Assembly: GCA_046758365.1 (NCBI GenBank)
Contig: JBHIAC010000062.1
Span: forward strand, 1-17,383
DNA from: a bacterium
GTDB taxonomy: Bacteria; Zhuqueibacterota; Zhuqueibacteria; Oceanimicrobiales; Oceanimicrobiaceae
DNA: 17,383 bases
Reading direction: 5' to 3'
Shown here: positions 16,501-17,383 of the stretch, piece by piece
Position numbering within the stretch: position 1 is the first letter of the stretch
Layout of the letters: every line of letters begins with the position of its first letter
The notes under the pieces: model-generated
The model's database searches: none
What the model was told of the DNA's origin: nothing
Seen by the model: the letters and a program-made list of their open reading frames with translations, nothing else
Program-made: the position numbers and the translations under genes

Positions 16501-16679
16501 TGGGCGTAGCGGTGATTTTTGGATTAGCCGTGGCAACTTTTTTAACTTTGGTAATCGTGCCCGTGGTTTATTACATTTTAGATGGCTGGAGTAAGAAAGC
16601 CCGCCATAAGTTTTCATTCATGTTTAATGGTGAACTTGAAAAGCCTGTCGTCGAAGAAACCAAATTAAGCGAAGCGTAA
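13527..16679 (+). CDS. RND efflux permease (AcrB/AcrD/AcrF family)
   Basis: 1050 aa with 12-TM layout; GMLVDNAIVLVENI, GVVVNNAIVLIDY and RLRPVILTAITT motifs. Confidence 0.97.
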   Translation: MKLINFSLAHKPSIFVLIFIFIIMGLIAYVTLPRESAPSITIPIILVSTPYFGVAPGDIETLVTQPIERKIKEITDVKEIRSTSSEGISTIEVEFNPDVNIDEALQKVRDKVDLAKTEIPEDAEEPIINEINFSEFPIMLVNISGHYDLIKLKEIGEDFEDKFETIPGVLEVTISGGLEREVKVNVDLEKLKHYNLAFKDVIETIQDENKTIPGGSIEVGNLKYLVRIPGEFDRVDIIPDLVVKTENGSPVYIKDFAQVEYSYKERTSLAREGGRNCVTLSVKKRSGENLIQIADEIKKIIEEEKAKLPTGTVVTITADRSKDIRNMVAELENNIIAGLFLVIVVLFASLGFRNSLFVAVAIPLSMLISFIIIQALGYTLNMIILFSLILALGMLVDNAIVLVENIYRHREEGYNAFEAAKQGASEISRAITASTVTTLCAFAPMIFWPGIMGEFMKYLPIALIITLSSSLFVALTINPVLCEVFMRETKKKSKERFLPKILKYYENILRFALNHRAITLSAAFLTLVLIFVLYAFFGKGVEFFPEVEPSQIVIEVTAPTGTKLEESNRIVKEIEEDIPKFEQDITSYVSNVGTVGGGFSFGGGEGTPHKSRVTIEFVDHQYRHQSSEITMRQIRHQVEHIPGARIEVQQPHMGPPTGPPINVEISGDDFKILGDLAAKVRKEIKQIPGLVDLKDDFDQGRPELKVRIDRRKAAIYGLNTSKIASTIRTAIYGTEASEYRVADDEYDITVRLKEQTRNRLDVLENITINDEGTQIPLISLATFEVEGGFTAIKRKDLKRVVTISGNVEGRLANDVLKNVQTKIAGFQFPLGYSVEYTGENEEQEESKAFLTRAFMMAIFLIFLVLVYEFNSAALPFVIMVSVILSLIGVLIGLLVTRMPFGILMTGIGVISLAGVVVNNAIVLIDYIQQLRQRGMEKLEAIIKGGKTRLRPVILTAITTIMGLIPLTTGFNFDFRNFRFDIGGESSQWWGPMGVAVIFGLAVATFLTLVIVPVVYYILDGWSKKARHKFSFMFNGELEKPVVEETKLSEA

Positions 16680-16694
16680 AATTTATTGTCAATA

Positions 16695-16801
16695 AAGTCA
16701 TTAGGTTATTTGCCTTCGACCTAATTACAGCCTAGAAATTTGCAACCACTAATTGACAATTAATGACAGCAAAGCGAAATGACTTAATGACGAATGACTT
16801 A
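16695..16801. repeat. AATGAC-unit repeat with an inverted arm
   Basis: AAGTCATTAGGTTATTTGC (16695-16713) versus GCGAAATGACTTAATGACGAATGACTT (16774-16800); additional TAATGAC at 16761. Confidence 0.6.
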
Positions 16802-16876
16802 GCAGTATTTGAAACTCTTTATCTTTATTCATCGTAACCCAAGATGAATATTTAATTCACTTTTCTGGAGGGTCAC

Positions 16877-17146
16877 ATGGAACTCGCCGTCATTTTGTTA
16901 ATGCTTGCCGCTTTTCTAATTTTCTTTAAACTTTTGGCGGTTGTTTTTAAGACAGGCTTTTTTATTTTAAGTATTCCATTTCAAATATTTGGCGCTATTT
17001 TAGCAGTGGTCTTGGTTGTTTTACTGGTGCCTTTTGTCATGATGGCTGGATTTCTAACCGTGATTTTTGCGCCAATTTTTGTGCTGGGTCCGTTTCTGCC
17101 ATTGCTTTTAGTTATCCTTGGTCTCTATTTAGTTATACGGAAGTAA
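16877..17146 (+). CDS. Small, very hydrophobic membrane protein (89 aa)
   Basis: GGAGG RBS at 16867-16871; almost entirely hydrophobic residues. Confidence 0.8.
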   Translation: MELAVILLMLAAFLIFFKLLAVVFKTGFFILSIPFQIFGAILAVVLVVLLVPFVMMAGFLTVIFAPIFVLGPFLPLLLVILGLYLVIRK

Positions 17147-17280
17147 ACAGGACTACTTCATAATATGTGGACGACTCGATTTACCGAGGGATTTTCCTTA
17201 ATGAATTCAGGCTTCTTACAAAGAACATTCATATTTAAAATCGAAGATAAATCCATTTTAATTTAAATCCATCTCCAACT

Positions 17281-17382
17281 CTATAAAGACATTCCTTGAG
17301 CAAAAACTACCAAATTCTGAGACGACTTTTCATCAAATTCATTTCTCTCCAAGTCAGAAAAAAACTGAATCTGTTTGAATCC
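17281..17382 (-). CDS. 3' end of a gene running off the window, probably a class I SAM-dependent methyltransferase
   Basis: Minus frame reads ...GFKQIQFFSDLERNEFDEKSSQNLVVFAQGMSL*, resembling the GF...D...F...S..LVV.A terminus of many methyltransferases. Confidence 0.5.
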   Translation of the reverse strand, partial: GFKQIQFFSDLERNEFDEKSSQNLVVFAQGMSL

Positions 17383-17383
17383 A

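Noticed and set aside
17249..17273. Direct repeat TAAATCCAT x2
   Set aside because: Two short AT-rich copies between convergent genes; compatible with chance.

Overview
AT-rich bacterial window, probably from a Gram-negative organism (it carries a TolC/RND pump and a predicted outer-membrane barrel), with a decaying accessory half and a conventional efflux half. 1-1200 is the tail of an integron-type cassette array: a small membrane protein plus an unannotated 34-aa Lys-rich ORF, then an attC-like site (358-460), then a bacteriohemerythrin, then a well-formed attC (1052-1183). Next come a UPF0175/DUF3368(PIN) toxin-antitoxin-like pair, a GT2 glycosyltransferase on the minus strand and a GC-richer CBM9/DUF5916-type outer-membrane protein. 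The 625-bp gap that follows hides a decayed tyrosine-recombinase fragment (KGKKDR...YKPKEW). Downstream is an unusual 720-aa protein combining a periplasmic Venus-flytrap binding domain, about 3 TM helices and a duplicated helical C-terminal module; this is the best candidate for an undescribed system. It is followed by an AT-rich orphan and gene relics. 10.2-16.7 kb is a TetR-TolC-MFP-RND efflux operon with a clear promoter and tandem operator. The window ends with a small membrane protein and the probable 3' end of a methyltransferase. Several intergenic gaps contain degenerate 7-9-mer repeat hairpins. All calls come from reading the sequence; no searches were run.
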